From Myxococcales bacterium (GTDB lineage Bacteria; Myxococcota; UBA727; JABDBI01): 64,000 bases of DNA. The DNA lies in NCBI GenBank assembly GCA_023248545.1, contig JAHFEF010000002.1, positions 14,908-78,907 of the forward strand. The letters are read 5' to 3'. The number at the start of each line of letters is the position of its first letter. The stretch's first letter is position 1. The position numbers and the translations under genes are program-made. Positions 8,790 to 17,646 of this stretch are shown here, piece by piece. The notes beneath the pieces are model-generated. The model was not told the origin of the DNA and did no database searches. It worked only from the letters and a program-made list of their open reading frames with translations.

Positions 8790-10850
8790 CTAAAATAGGG
8801 AAGAATTGGCCAGTTCTCTAGCCGGCTCAATCAAGTCAGCATGCTTAACCAAATCACAGTGATGAAAGATTGGCAGCCCCGATTGACGGGTGCCCAAGAA
8901 ATCACCCGGGCCTCGAATTTTCAAATCTTCAGCCGCAATTTCAAAACCATTTTGGCTCTTCTCCATAATACTCAAACGCCTGTAAGTTTCTTCGCTGGGG
9001 AAAAGCTGGTCGGTGAGTAAATAGCAAGCGCTTTTTTTGCTGCCTCGACCTACTCGGCCTCTGAGCTGGTGCAGCTGAGATAATCCAAAACGCTCTGGAT
9101 GGACAATAATCATGCAGGTTGCATTGGGTACGTCGACGCCGACTTCAATCACAGTCGTTGAAACCAATATTTGGGCTTGACCCGAAGAAAACCGCTGCAT
9201 GGTCGCGTCTTTTTCTGCCGCCGGCATGCGCCCATGAATCAGACCGACGGTCAAAGATCCAAAACGTGCTTCCAATTGGGCAAACGCCTGTTGGGCATCC
9301 AGCAAATCTATTTTTTCGGATTCTTCAACCAATGGGTAAATAATATAGGCCTGATCTTGGTTGCGCAGGCATTTTTCTGCCAACATCATGACGTTCAAGG
9401 TCGGGTCACCTTGCAAAATATGCGTTGAAATCGGGGTTCGGCCAGGAGGCAACTCGTCCAAGACAGAGAGCGCAAAATCACCATAGGCTGTCAGCGCTAA
9501 GCTTCTAGGAATCGGAGTCGCTGTCATGGCCAACACATGTGGCACTTCAAGGCCGCGTTTGCCCTTATTGCGCAGCTCTGTGCGCTGGTTTACGCCAAAA
9601 CGGTGTTGCTCATCGATAATACATAGGCCGAGTTTGTGAAATTCGACGTCGTCCGAGATCAACGCATGCGTGCCCAAAATTATTTTAATTTCGCCGGATT
9701 GTAGCCGTGCCAATACATCACGGCGTTCTTTGGTGCCTAAGCTGCCTTGGAGCCGGCCCACTAATTGGCTTCCAAATAATTTCACAAATAGTTGATAATG
9801 CTGCTCTGCTAAGATCTCCGTTGGGGCCATCAAAGCTGTTTGATAACCCGCTTCGCTCAGATGACAAGCAACCGAGGCAGCTACTGCAGTTTTACCCGCA
9901 CCGACGTCGCCTTGCAGGAGCCTTAGCATGGGGTAAGGCTTGTTTAAATCGCCAATAATTTCGTTGATGACTCGAACTTGTGCTTGTGTTGGCGTAAACG
10001 GCAGTATTTTTTTAAATAACGCATCCGCAGGTATTCTAGGGGCTACCGGAGCTTGGGATTGCTGTTGAGTCTTGCGGTGCTTCTGGAGACGCAATTGGAG
10101 CTGATAGAGTTCTTCGAAAGCCATGCGTCTAAATGCCGGGTGTTTGTCTAAGTCTGTGATGACGTCGTCAGGCCGATGAATCGCTTCGTAGCTCTCTAAT
10201 AAAGGCAGCAAATTAAGCTGCTGAAGTATCTCTGTTGGAAATGGCTCTTGGGGGGCGCTTTTATGAATATGGCTGAGCGCCGACTCGATGCCCTTGCTTA
10301 AGTCGGCCGGGCCTAAATTTTTAAGCTCGGTGTAAATCGGCCAAACGCCGTGAAAATCAGCAGATTTATCACCCAGAGCTACTTTGGGGTGCGCCATTTG
10401 CAACATGGCATTAAAGGACGTGACCAATCCCATCACCGTAATTTGTGTCTGAGGGGGTAGATTCATCAGATAGCTCACAGGCCTCAGCTGAAAAAATACG
10501 AGCTTCAAATAGCCAGAGCCATCTTTGAACATGATTTCAAGACGTTGGCTTTTAGGGGGCCCAACGGTTTGTAAACGCATGATCGTCCCAACGACCAAGC
10601 CGTTCATACCAGGCTTTAACTCTGAAATAGGACGCTTTTCTCGAAGTTGATACGCTCTGGGCAAAATCCCCAGCAGGTCTTTGATGGTGTGAACGCCTAA
10701 GCTTTTAAAAGCTTTTTCGCGCGCAGGTCCGATGCCTGTTAACTTGCCAATCGGGTCTTCATAGGGATTGCTCACGGGGCCAGCCAAAACCGAAATGCGA
10801 TGACCACCATGATGGCCAGTGTCACCAAGCCAACAGCCACGGGGATCCAA
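8790..10850 (-). CDS. recG: ATP-dependent DNA helicase RecG
   Basis: 686 aa. Wedge and helix-hairpin-helix N-terminus (LTGIGPAREKAFKSLG), Walker A GDVGAGKT, DEQH box, helicase motifs QLRGRVGRG. Confidence 0.9.
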   Translation of the reverse strand: MDPRGCWLGDTGHHGGHRISVLAGPVSNPYEDPIGKLTGIGPAREKAFKSLGVHTIKDLLGILPRAYQLREKRPISELKPGMNGLVVGTIMRLQTVGPPKSQRLEIMFKDGSGYLKLVFFQLRPVSYLMNLPPQTQITVMGLVTSFNAMLQMAHPKVALGDKSADFHGVWPIYTELKNLGPADLSKGIESALSHIHKSAPQEPFPTEILQQLNLLPLLESYEAIHRPDDVITDLDKHPAFRRMAFEELYQLQLRLQKHRKTQQQSQAPVAPRIPADALFKKILPFTPTQAQVRVINEIIGDLNKPYPMLRLLQGDVGAGKTAVAASVACHLSEAGYQTALMAPTEILAEQHYQLFVKLFGSQLVGRLQGSLGTKERRDVLARLQSGEIKIILGTHALISDDVEFHKLGLCIIDEQHRFGVNQRTELRNKGKRGLEVPHVLAMTATPIPRSLALTAYGDFALSVLDELPPGRTPISTHILQGDPTLNVMMLAEKCLRNQDQAYIIYPLVEESEKIDLLDAQQAFAQLEARFGSLTVGLIHGRMPAAEKDATMQRFSSGQAQILVSTTVIEVGVDVPNATCMIIVHPERFGLSQLHQLRGRVGRGSKKSACYLLTDQLFPSEETYRRLSIMEKSQNGFEIAAEDLKIRGPGDFLGTRQSGLPIFHHCDLVKHADLIEPARELANSSLF

Positions 10851-10960
10851 CTTTTGATATCATGTGTTTTAGCCACGTGCTCAGAAGTAGGCAAGACCTC
10901 GGCTTCTTTCTGGATGTCTTCCGTTTTAAATTCAGCCGTGACTTCTTCAGTTTGATCCAT
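10772..10960 (-). CDS. Hypothetical small membrane protein (62 aa, single TM helix); uncertain
   Basis: ORF-track ORF between greA and recG with a hydrophobic C-terminal helix (WIPVAVGLVTLAIMVVIAFRF). It overlaps the annotated recG start by 78 nt, so either it or the recG start is mis-called. Confidence 0.25.
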   Translation of the reverse strand: MDQTEEVTAEFKTEDIQKEAEVLPTSEHVAKTHDIKSWIPVAVGLVTLAIMVVIAFRFWLAP

Positions 10961-10968
10961 GAAACTAA

Positions 10969-11436
10969 CTATATCGAAATTTCAACGATTTCACACTCTT
11001 TGACACCTTTTGGAGTTCTGATTTCCAACTGGTCACCCACAGACTTGCCTACCAGTGCGCGTGCGAGAGGAGAGCTAATGCTGATTTTTGATTTTTTGAG
11101 ATCAGCTTCATCTTCGCCCACCAGTGTCCAAGTTTGTTTTTCACCCGAGTCAGCATCTAAGATGGTTACGGTCACCCCAAAGATAACTTTAGAACCATCA
11201 AATTGGCTTTGATCGATCACCTGTGCCCCAGCAATTTTGACTTCCAGTTCACGAATTCGGCCCTCAAGCATGGACTGTTTTTCACGCGCGGCGTCATATT
11301 CAGCATTTTCAGACAGATCACCATGGGCTCTGGCTTCGGCGATATCCTGAATCACTTTAGGGCGAACTTCGGCTTTTAAATAACGCAGTTCTTCTTGCAG
11401 GGCAGTGTAGCCATTTTGGGTCATTGGGTATTTCAT
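10969..11436 (-). CDS. greA: Transcription elongation factor GreA
   Basis: 155 aa. N-terminal coiled coil (GYTALQEELRYLK...AEARAHGDLSENAEYDAAREKQ) and FKBP-like C-terminal domain. Confidence 0.9.
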   Translation of the reverse strand: MKYPMTQNGYTALQEELRYLKAEVRPKVIQDIAEARAHGDLSENAEYDAAREKQSMLEGRIRELEVKIAGAQVIDQSQFDGSKVIFGVTVTILDADSGEKQTWTLVGEDEADLKKSKISISSPLARALVGKSVGDQLEIRTPKGVKECEIVEISI

Positions 11437-12449
11437 AGTTGTGCTCGAATAAAAGAACCTACTTCTTGGGTTGTTTTTTGTCCACCCAGATCAGGGGTGC
11501 AGATGTTGCGCTCGATGGCTTGTTTAACTGCCTCTCGGAGTTTTTTCGCGGGTTCAAAGAGCTTTAAGAAGTCGAGTAACATGGCAGCACTTAAAAACGC
11601 AGCCATTGGGTTCGCTTTATTTTGGCCGGCAATATCCGGCGCTGAGCCATGTACGGGCTCAAACAGGCCAATCCTGCCAGGGTGAATATTCGCACTGGCC
11701 GCAAGTCCTAAGCCGCCGGTGATTCCAGCCCCTAAGTCGGTCAAAATATCGCCAAATAAATTCGAAGTCACGACGATCTCAAATTGCTCTGGGGCCCTGA
11801 CAAACTCCATGGCCATGGTATCGATATAAAGCTGTTTGGCTTTGATTTTCGGATATTTTGGCGCGATCTCGTTGAAAACACGTTGCCAGAGGGCGCCACC
11901 AAATTTGATCGCATTGGATTTGTGGCCAAGCGTGACTGATTTTTGAGCACACTCAAATGCCTGTGTGATGATTCGGGCCACACCTGCATAAGTGTGCCGG
12001 CTCTCGTCAATCGTTGTTTCTTGGGGTGTGTTCTTGTTCGAAGCGCTGCCGTGACCCCCATAGATATCTTGCGTATTTTCTCGAAAAATGATGAAATTAA
12101 TATCGTCGCAGGTTTTATTTTTGAGGCAAGTTAATTTGTTGTTTAAGAGCTGAATCGGCCTCATATTGGCATACAAGTCAAGACCTGTTCGTAAACCAAG
12201 CAAGATCTCGCGGCCGTGGGCCATGTCGGGGATTCTCGGATCTCCCAAAGCTCCAAAATAGATCGCGTCAAAATCAGACAAATTTTTGAGCGCGTCTGGG
12301 GGCAATCCTATGCCTTCGGAAAGCCACTTGTTTGCACCCCAACCAAAGTGGGTGAGTTCGAAACCGAGTTGTTCCAATACAGGAGCCCCTTCGGCAATCA
12401 CTTCGGGCCCGATGCCATCTCCGGGAATAACCGCAATTTTTTTAGACAT
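11433..12449 (-). CDS. Isocitrate/isopropylmalate dehydrogenase-family enzyme (3-isopropylmalate or tartrate dehydrogenase-like)
   Basis: 338 aa: KIAVIPGDGIGPEV, NLFGDILTDLGAGITGGLG, typical ICDH/IPMDH fold signatures. Confidence 0.75.
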   Translation of the reverse strand: MSKKIAVIPGDGIGPEVIAEGAPVLEQLGFELTHFGWGANKWLSEGIGLPPDALKNLSDFDAIYFGALGDPRIPDMAHGREILLGLRTGLDLYANMRPIQLLNNKLTCLKNKTCDDINFIIFRENTQDIYGGHGSASNKNTPQETTIDESRHTYAGVARIITQAFECAQKSVTLGHKSNAIKFGGALWQRVFNEIAPKYPKIKAKQLYIDTMAMEFVRAPEQFEIVVTSNLFGDILTDLGAGITGGLGLAASANIHPGRIGLFEPVHGSAPDIAGQNKANPMAAFLSAAMLLDFLKLFEPAKKLREAVKQAIERNICTPDLGGQKTTQEVGSFIRAQL

Positions 12450-12690
12450 TTTGTCGCAGTCTCTGCATCATGGCTTCATGTTGGGCGTCTAATAGTTTGT
12501 CAACCCGGACTTCTTCATCTCCAGGGCGCTTTTTGACGCTGATTAAGTGTCCGTAGTAAGCCATACACTCTTCGAAGACATCTGGTGCCCCCAAGGGGGC
12601 CAAAATGGAGGTAATAATACTTGCCGGCGAAACAGGCTGAGCAGGGGGTGGTGCACCACGTATCATACCCGTACTTAGTCTTGGACCCAC
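12442..12690 (-). CDS. Hypothetical protein (82 aa)
   Basis: ORF only. It overlaps the dehydrogenase start by 8 nt. No recognisable motif. Confidence 0.3.
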   Translation of the reverse strand: MGPRLSTGMIRGAPPPAQPVSPASIITSILAPLGAPDVFEECMAYYGHLISVKKRPGDEEVRVDKLLDAQHEAMMQRLRQNV

Positions 12691-12761
12691 TTTTTTGGCT
12701 GATATTCGCGATGGGTGGCCACTATGAATAAACCCATTTTTAGACTATTTATCTCAGTCTC

Positions 12762-14450
12762 ATGGGCCTGATTCAAGTTTTAAATGAAATTACTGCCAAT
12801 CAAATTGCGGCTGGCGAAGTCGTTGAGCGTCCGGCTTCTGTGGTCAAAGAACTCATTGAAAATGCCCTCGACGCCGGTGCTATCCAAATCGATGTTCAAA
12901 TTGAGGAAGGCGGTATCCGTCGGTTGATTATCACGGATAACGGCGTGGGAATGGCTCCAGACGACGCCGTCTTGTGCTTTTCACGCTATGCCACCAGCAA
13001 GATTAAAAGTGTCAACGATCTGGGCTCTCTCATATCTTTTGGATTTCGGGGCGAAGCATTGGCGTCGATTGCATCGGTCAGCAAAGTTACACTCACCACC
13101 CGGCAGGCTTCTTCTCAATTAGCCACGCAGGTTGTCATACAGGGCGGAAAAATCTTAAATATTGGCGAATCGGGCGGCCCTGTTGGGACAAGAATCGAGA
13201 TCGAATCGCTGTTTTTTAACACCCCGGCCAGGCTCAAGTTCTTAAAAAGCACCCGATCTGAAAGTGCTGCGATCGAGAGCGTTGTTCGCGAAGCGGCGCT
13301 GTCTAAGCCAGAAACAGGTTTTCGATTTCAAACAGACGGCGTTTTAAAATTGGAAGCACGCCAGGCACTTTCGCAGGACCGACGCCTCGAAAGATCAATT
13401 AGTTGCTTGGGTGAAGACTGCCGAGACTATTTGTTCCCCGTTGAAACAAAAACAGATTTTTTGAAACTTTCTGGCTATATCGTCGCGCCGTTGGTGACGC
13501 GCAAGGACAGCCTGGGGATCTATCTCTATGTGAACAACCGATATGTGCGCGATAAACAGTTGGTGCAAGCCATTAAAGTCGCCTATCGAACACTCTTAGA
13601 AATCGGCAGGCATCCGGTTTGTGCGCTGAATCTTGAGTTAAACCCTGAAGAAGTCGATATCAACGTTCACCCCCAGAAGCTTGAAGTTCGTTTTTCAGAC
13701 CCATCGCGAGTTCAAAGCCATGTGATTAGATTGCTCAGTGATTTTTTGGCGACGACACCTTGGTTAAAACATGAAGCGCCAGAAAGAACTTATGTTTTAA
13801 GGGAACCTGTGGCGGCGTTTGAAATACCCTTGTCTGCGCCCCCAATTCACAACCTCGGCGGCGCCGAGCGTTATGTTGACCTGAGAATTATTGGACAAGT
13901 TGACAACACTTTTTTGCTGTTAGAAGGCCAGAAGTCTATGATCGTGTTGGACCAGCATGCAGCCCATGAGCGTGTTGTGTTTGAAAAAGTCCAAGCCCGA
14001 GTGAAAGAAAGCGCTGCTCCTTCTCAAAGTTTACTTTTTCCAGTGACGATCACGCTTTCCCCGACAGATATGAACACCCTGTCGGAGAAAAAAGATTTGT
14101 TTCTGCCATTTGGGTTCGAGATAGAGCCTTTTGGAGATAATCAGGCGATCGTCAAAGCCGCACCGCCCGGCCTTAAAACCGAGTTTGTTGCCCAAATCAT
14201 TAAAGACACACTGTCTGATCTGGGAAAAACAGACCGCCCCGATAGTTTAAACTCCTTCTCCGATCATATTTGTGCTCAAATCGCGTGCCATACTTCGGTC
14301 AGAGCGGGCCAAAAATTGGATCACAGCGAAATCAGAGCGCTGTTGGAGCAGCTGGATGTTATCGACTATGCCGCACACTGTCCGCATGGACGTCCTGTGG
14401 TTCGTTCGATTCCTTTTGGTGAGATGGGTCAATGGTTTCACAGAACATAG
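12762..14450 (+). CDS. mutL: DNA mismatch repair protein MutL
   Basis: 562 aa. GHKL ATPase N-terminus (IAAGEVVERPASVVKELIENALDAGA, DNGVGM, GFRGEAL). The mutL-miaA synteny is conserved. Confidence 0.9.
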   Translation: MGLIQVLNEITANQIAAGEVVERPASVVKELIENALDAGAIQIDVQIEEGGIRRLIITDNGVGMAPDDAVLCFSRYATSKIKSVNDLGSLISFGFRGEALASIASVSKVTLTTRQASSQLATQVVIQGGKILNIGESGGPVGTRIEIESLFFNTPARLKFLKSTRSESAAIESVVREAALSKPETGFRFQTDGVLKLEARQALSQDRRLERSISCLGEDCRDYLFPVETKTDFLKLSGYIVAPLVTRKDSLGIYLYVNNRYVRDKQLVQAIKVAYRTLLEIGRHPVCALNLELNPEEVDINVHPQKLEVRFSDPSRVQSHVIRLLSDFLATTPWLKHEAPERTYVLREPVAAFEIPLSAPPIHNLGGAERYVDLRIIGQVDNTFLLLEGQKSMIVLDQHAAHERVVFEKVQARVKESAAPSQSLLFPVTITLSPTDMNTLSEKKDLFLPFGFEIEPFGDNQAIVKAAPPGLKTEFVAQIIKDTLSDLGKTDRPDSLNSFSDHICAQIACHTSVRAGQKLDHSEIRALLEQLDVIDYAAHCPHGRPVVRSIPFGEMGQWFHRT

Positions 14451-15286
14451 TTGTTATTGCCGGTCCAACGGCGTCAGGTAAAAGCGCTCTGGCCATGCAG
14501 ATGGCGCAGGAGCTGGGCGGTGAGATTATTTGCGCCGACAGCCGGCAAATCTATCAACGCATGTCAATCGGTACGGCTTGTCCGAGCCCCGAAGAGTATG
14601 CATGTGTTCCCCATCATGGCTTCGAGCAATTAGACCCGCGCGAAAATTACAGTGCTGGACAATTTATCAAAGATGCCGATGCTTATGTGCAAGAAATCCA
14701 AGCGCGCAACAAAACGCCTATTTTAGTGGGTGGGACTGGCTTGTACTTGCGAGCCTGGCGCTTTGGGTTGGACGATGTGTTGCCCGCGGACCCTCAGATT
14801 CGTGAAAAACTCGAACAAGCATCGCTCGAAGAGCTTTATCAAAAACTGCAGGCGCTGGACCCGGTGAGTGCAGAATATATCAAACCTAACGATTCTGTGC
14901 GGATTAAACGTGCTTTGGAGATCTATGGAGTTACTGGCCAACCAGCCAGCAAGCTGCGTCAAACCAATTGGAATCAAGCTCCTCGGGTGCATGCACGCTG
15001 GATTTTGCTCTGCCGCGACAAAAAAGAGCTCGATTTGAGACTTCAAGCTCGGGTGGCAGAGATGTTCGATCGGGGCTTACTCGAAGAAGCACTTGCACTC
15101 CGAGAATATCTTGGCACAAATGACCCGTTTGAGCGCCTCAAGACGCCGGGTTATCTGGAAGCGTTGCAATTGGCTGATGGTTTGATCTCGAAAGAGCAGG
15201 CACTCGAACTTACTTTTAGGCGCCATCGACAGTATGCAAAGCGCCAAGTGACGTGGTTTCAGAAAGAATCCTGGTGGAACAGTTGA
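14432..15286 (+). CDS. miaA: tRNA dimethylallyltransferase MiaA
   Basis: 284 aa. P-loop IAGPTASGKSALA; DSRQIYQRMSIGTA. Overlaps the mutL stop. Confidence 0.9.
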   Translation: MVSQNIVVIAGPTASGKSALAMQMAQELGGEIICADSRQIYQRMSIGTACPSPEEYACVPHHGFEQLDPRENYSAGQFIKDADAYVQEIQARNKTPILVGGTGLYLRAWRFGLDDVLPADPQIREKLEQASLEELYQKLQALDPVSAEYIKPNDSVRIKRALEIYGVTGQPASKLRQTNWNQAPRVHARWILLCRDKKELDLRLQARVAEMFDRGLLEEALALREYLGTNDPFERLKTPGYLEALQLADGLISKEQALELTFRRHRQYAKRQVTWFQKESWWNS

Positions 15287-15318
15287 CAGGATTTGAGGTC
15301 TGAAGCGACAATGCGAAA

Positions 15319-15798
15319 ATGCTTCGACTCTTTATTTTAGCGGTTCTTTTTTGCAACCTTGGGCTTGCCTCCATAATCTGCGAAAATTGCACGAATACGT
15401 GCAATAACAGCAGTTTGCTCCCCGTAACGATCGCAGGCAACCCTAGAGAGACCTTTTGTCGTCAACACACGGGTTCCTGTCAGGCCTGTGTCGACAATAT
15501 GCAACTTCCAAAGACATCGAGTTGCCTCATGGAGGAGTCTCTCTGTCTCTATGTGGATTCACCCAGTGCTGTACCTGATTGTGCTCGCTGTGAAACCAAC
15601 TGCCTTATGGATTCACGAGTTCCGGACACCATCATTCCTCCATCTAATCCGACGCATGTCATCCCCAAGGCCAGTTATTGTCACTTGACTGCAAACCAAT
15701 GCCAGGACTGCACAACACTTCCTGCGGGTGACAAAGAACGATTTAATTGCAACCGAGTGATCGCCACCTGCTTGTATGTTGCCCACGGGCCCACTTGA
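15319..15798 (+). CDS. Secreted cysteine-rich hypothetical protein
   Basis: 159 aa. N-terminal signal peptide (MLRLFILAVLFCNLGLASI) and about 20 Cys in CxxC / CxxxC spacing. Confidence 0.5.
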   Translation: MLRLFILAVLFCNLGLASIICENCTNTCNNSSLLPVTIAGNPRETFCRQHTGSCQACVDNMQLPKTSSCLMEESLCLYVDSPSAVPDCARCETNCLMDSRVPDTIIPPSNPTHVIPKASYCHLTANQCQDCTTLPAGDKERFNCNRVIATCLYVAHGPT

Positions 15799-15838
15799 CA
15801 AAAACAGCCTAATCGATGATGGGAGGCTCACCGGTTTC

Positions 15839-15913
15839 TGGGGCGTAGACAAGCGGTAAGTCATTGGTTTTTGATACCAACATGCGAAGGTTCGAATCCT
15901 TCCGCCCCAACCA
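15839..15913 (+). tRNA. tRNA-Gln (anticodon UUG)
   Basis: Folded by hand. Acceptor stem TGGGGCG/CGCCCCA, D-stem GAC/GTC with loop AAGCGGTAAG, anticodon stem TTGGT/ACCAA with loop TTTTGAT (anticodon TTG), T-stem GAAGG/CCTTC with loop TTCGAAT, discriminator A, encoded CCA. It resembles E. coli tRNA-Gln, including the UGGGG 5' end. Confidence 0.85.
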
Positions 15914-16858
15914 ATGAAGGACCCCATCCGTATTTTTGCTGGCAGTTCGAATCCATTACTAGCGGAACGCATTGCCGCCTATCTGAAAACATCGTTGGGG
16001 GCTCGAAAGATTACCAACTTTTCGGATGGTGAAACTTTTGTCAACATCGAAGAGAGTGTGCGTGGGCACCACGTTTATATCCTGCAATCTGTATCCCCCC
16101 CGGTGAACGATAACCTGGTTGAAATGCTGATCATGATCGATGCATTGAAACGGGCATCAGCGTCAGAAATCACGGTTGTCGTTCCATACTATGGTTATGC
16201 GCGTCAAGATAGAAAAGCCGGTCCCAGGGAGCCCATCACGGCCAAGTTAATCGCTGATTTGTTGGAGGCTGCGGGAGCCACGCGTTTGATTTCGTTAGAT
16301 TTGCATGCCGCACAAATTCAAGGCTTCTTTGACGTCCCCGTCGATAATCTTTACGCCACGCCAATTTTTTTGGAAGACATTAAAACTAAGTTTAAATCAA
16401 AAGACATCGTGATAGTTTCTCCGGATGCAGGCGGTGTTGAGCGGGCACGGGCTTATGCCAAATGCTTGCACACAGGTTTGGCGATTATCGATAAACGGCG
16501 CCCGAAGCCCAATATCGCTGAGGTCATGAATATCATCGGAGATGTCTCTGGCAAAACAGCGATTATTATCGATGACATGATCGATACCGGTGGAACGCTG
16601 TGCAAAGCGGCTGAAGCGATTATGAAAGCCGGTGCAACAGGCGTCTGGGCCTATGCAACGCACGCTGTGTTTTCGGGCGAGGCTGTGAGCCGCATGGACG
16701 CTTCGGCCCTAAACGAAGTCGTTGTTACAGACAGTATTCCCCTGCGAGCAGGCTCAGAGAGTTCTTCTAAGATTCGTGTGCTTTCTTGCGCACCGTTGGT
16801 GGGGGAAGCCATGAGCCGAGTGTACACAGGAACGAGCGTATCAAGCTTGTTTTTGTAA
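15914..16858 (+). CDS. prs: Ribose-phosphate pyrophosphokinase (PRPP synthetase)
   Basis: 314 aa. MKDPIRIFAGSSNP, PYYGYARQDRK, DLHA, PRPP-binding loop IIDDMIDTGGT. The ATG starts 1 nt after the tRNA CCA end. Confidence 0.9.
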   Translation: MKDPIRIFAGSSNPLLAERIAAYLKTSLGARKITNFSDGETFVNIEESVRGHHVYILQSVSPPVNDNLVEMLIMIDALKRASASEITVVVPYYGYARQDRKAGPREPITAKLIADLLEAAGATRLISLDLHAAQIQGFFDVPVDNLYATPIFLEDIKTKFKSKDIVIVSPDAGGVERARAYAKCLHTGLAIIDKRRPKPNIAEVMNIIGDVSGKTAIIIDDMIDTGGTLCKAAEAIMKAGATGVWAYATHAVFSGEAVSRMDASALNEVVVTDSIPLRAGSESSSKIRVLSCAPLVGEAMSRVYTGTSVSSLFL

Positions 16859-16867
16859 GGCTGGAAC

Positions 16868-17281
16868 TTAGACCTGCTCGACCCCACAAGCCTTAGCGGC
16901 CTTCAAAAGCTTTTCATCTAATGTCGCTATAGGCGCTGACTCAGATAACGCCAAGTGTAGATACAGGGCATCGTAGCTGCTCAAATCAAACTGACGTCCC
17001 AGTGAAAATACAGAACCAAAGATTTGTTCGCGCTCTACTGAATACGTCTGAATTTGAAACTGCTTCAGAAAATTCAAAAACTCGATGGCTTCTGCAACGC
17101 TGATTCGCGACCGACGAATCTGCACCAACATCACATTTGCGATCTCGGTTTCCCAGATGGAGGGTACAATCGGCTGCCACTTCTCCATATCGTCCAACAG
17201 TCGCTTGGACTCTAAAGTAGCCTGCGCTGAAAGCAGCCAAGCGGCCGTCATGGAGCAATCTAAAACTAATTTTTGTCTCAT
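16868..17281 (-). CDS. PIN-domain ribonuclease toxin (VapC-like)
   Basis: 137 aa. Begins LVLDCSMTAAWLL (PIN Asp1) and has conserved acidic residues. Its start overlaps by 4 nt the stop of the upstream antitoxin ORF (17278..17535). Confidence 0.7.
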   Translation of the reverse strand: MRQKLVLDCSMTAAWLLSAQATLESKRLLDDMEKWQPIVPSIWETEIANVMLVQIRRSRISVAEAIEFLNFLKQFQIQTYSVEREQIFGSVFSLGRQFDLSSYDALYLHLALSESAPIATLDEKLLKAAKACGVEQV

Positions 17282-17535
17282 TCGCGACCCCAGTTAATCA
17301 TGTCCTTTACAGACATATCATCTGGTTTTTGGGCCCGAGCTGCGATGCGCTTTTGAAGGGCTTTAATACCCAAAATCGCGTCTTTGATGTTTGAACCTGG
17401 TTTCGACAGGTTAGGAGGTACCAAGCGCGCTACCTCTTGCCCATGGCGCGTAATGGCTATGGTCTCACCTAACAAGACCTGTTCAACCATTTGAGAAAAA
17501 TGGGTCTTTGCCTCAAAAACACCAGCATTTTTCAT
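17278..17535 (-). CDS. Phd/YefM-family antitoxin
   Basis: 85 aa. MKNAGVFEAKTHFSQMVEQVLLGETIAITRHGQEVARLVP is the typical Phd/YefM N-terminus. Translationally coupled to the PIN gene. Confidence 0.7.
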   Translation of the reverse strand: MKNAGVFEAKTHFSQMVEQVLLGETIAITRHGQEVARLVPPNLSKPGSNIKDAILGIKALQKRIAARAQKPDDMSVKDMINWGRE

Positions 17536-17646
17536 ATAGGCCTCCTTTTCTAACCTGATCTGGTTATAAGTCTAACCTGTTTTGACTAAATTAGCAAATT
17601 GGCTATTGCATAGATAGGTTGCTGATGAAACACTCCGACCCTAAGT

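Noticed and set aside
12216-12536. Plus-strand 106-aa ORF
   Set aside because: Antisense to the IPMDH/ICDH-family gene.
17536-17646. Possible sigma70-type promoter (TTGACT ... weak -10) upstream of guaA
   Set aside because: The -10 candidates (ATTGCA/TAGATA) are poor and the spacing ambiguous. Not reportable without transcript-start data.
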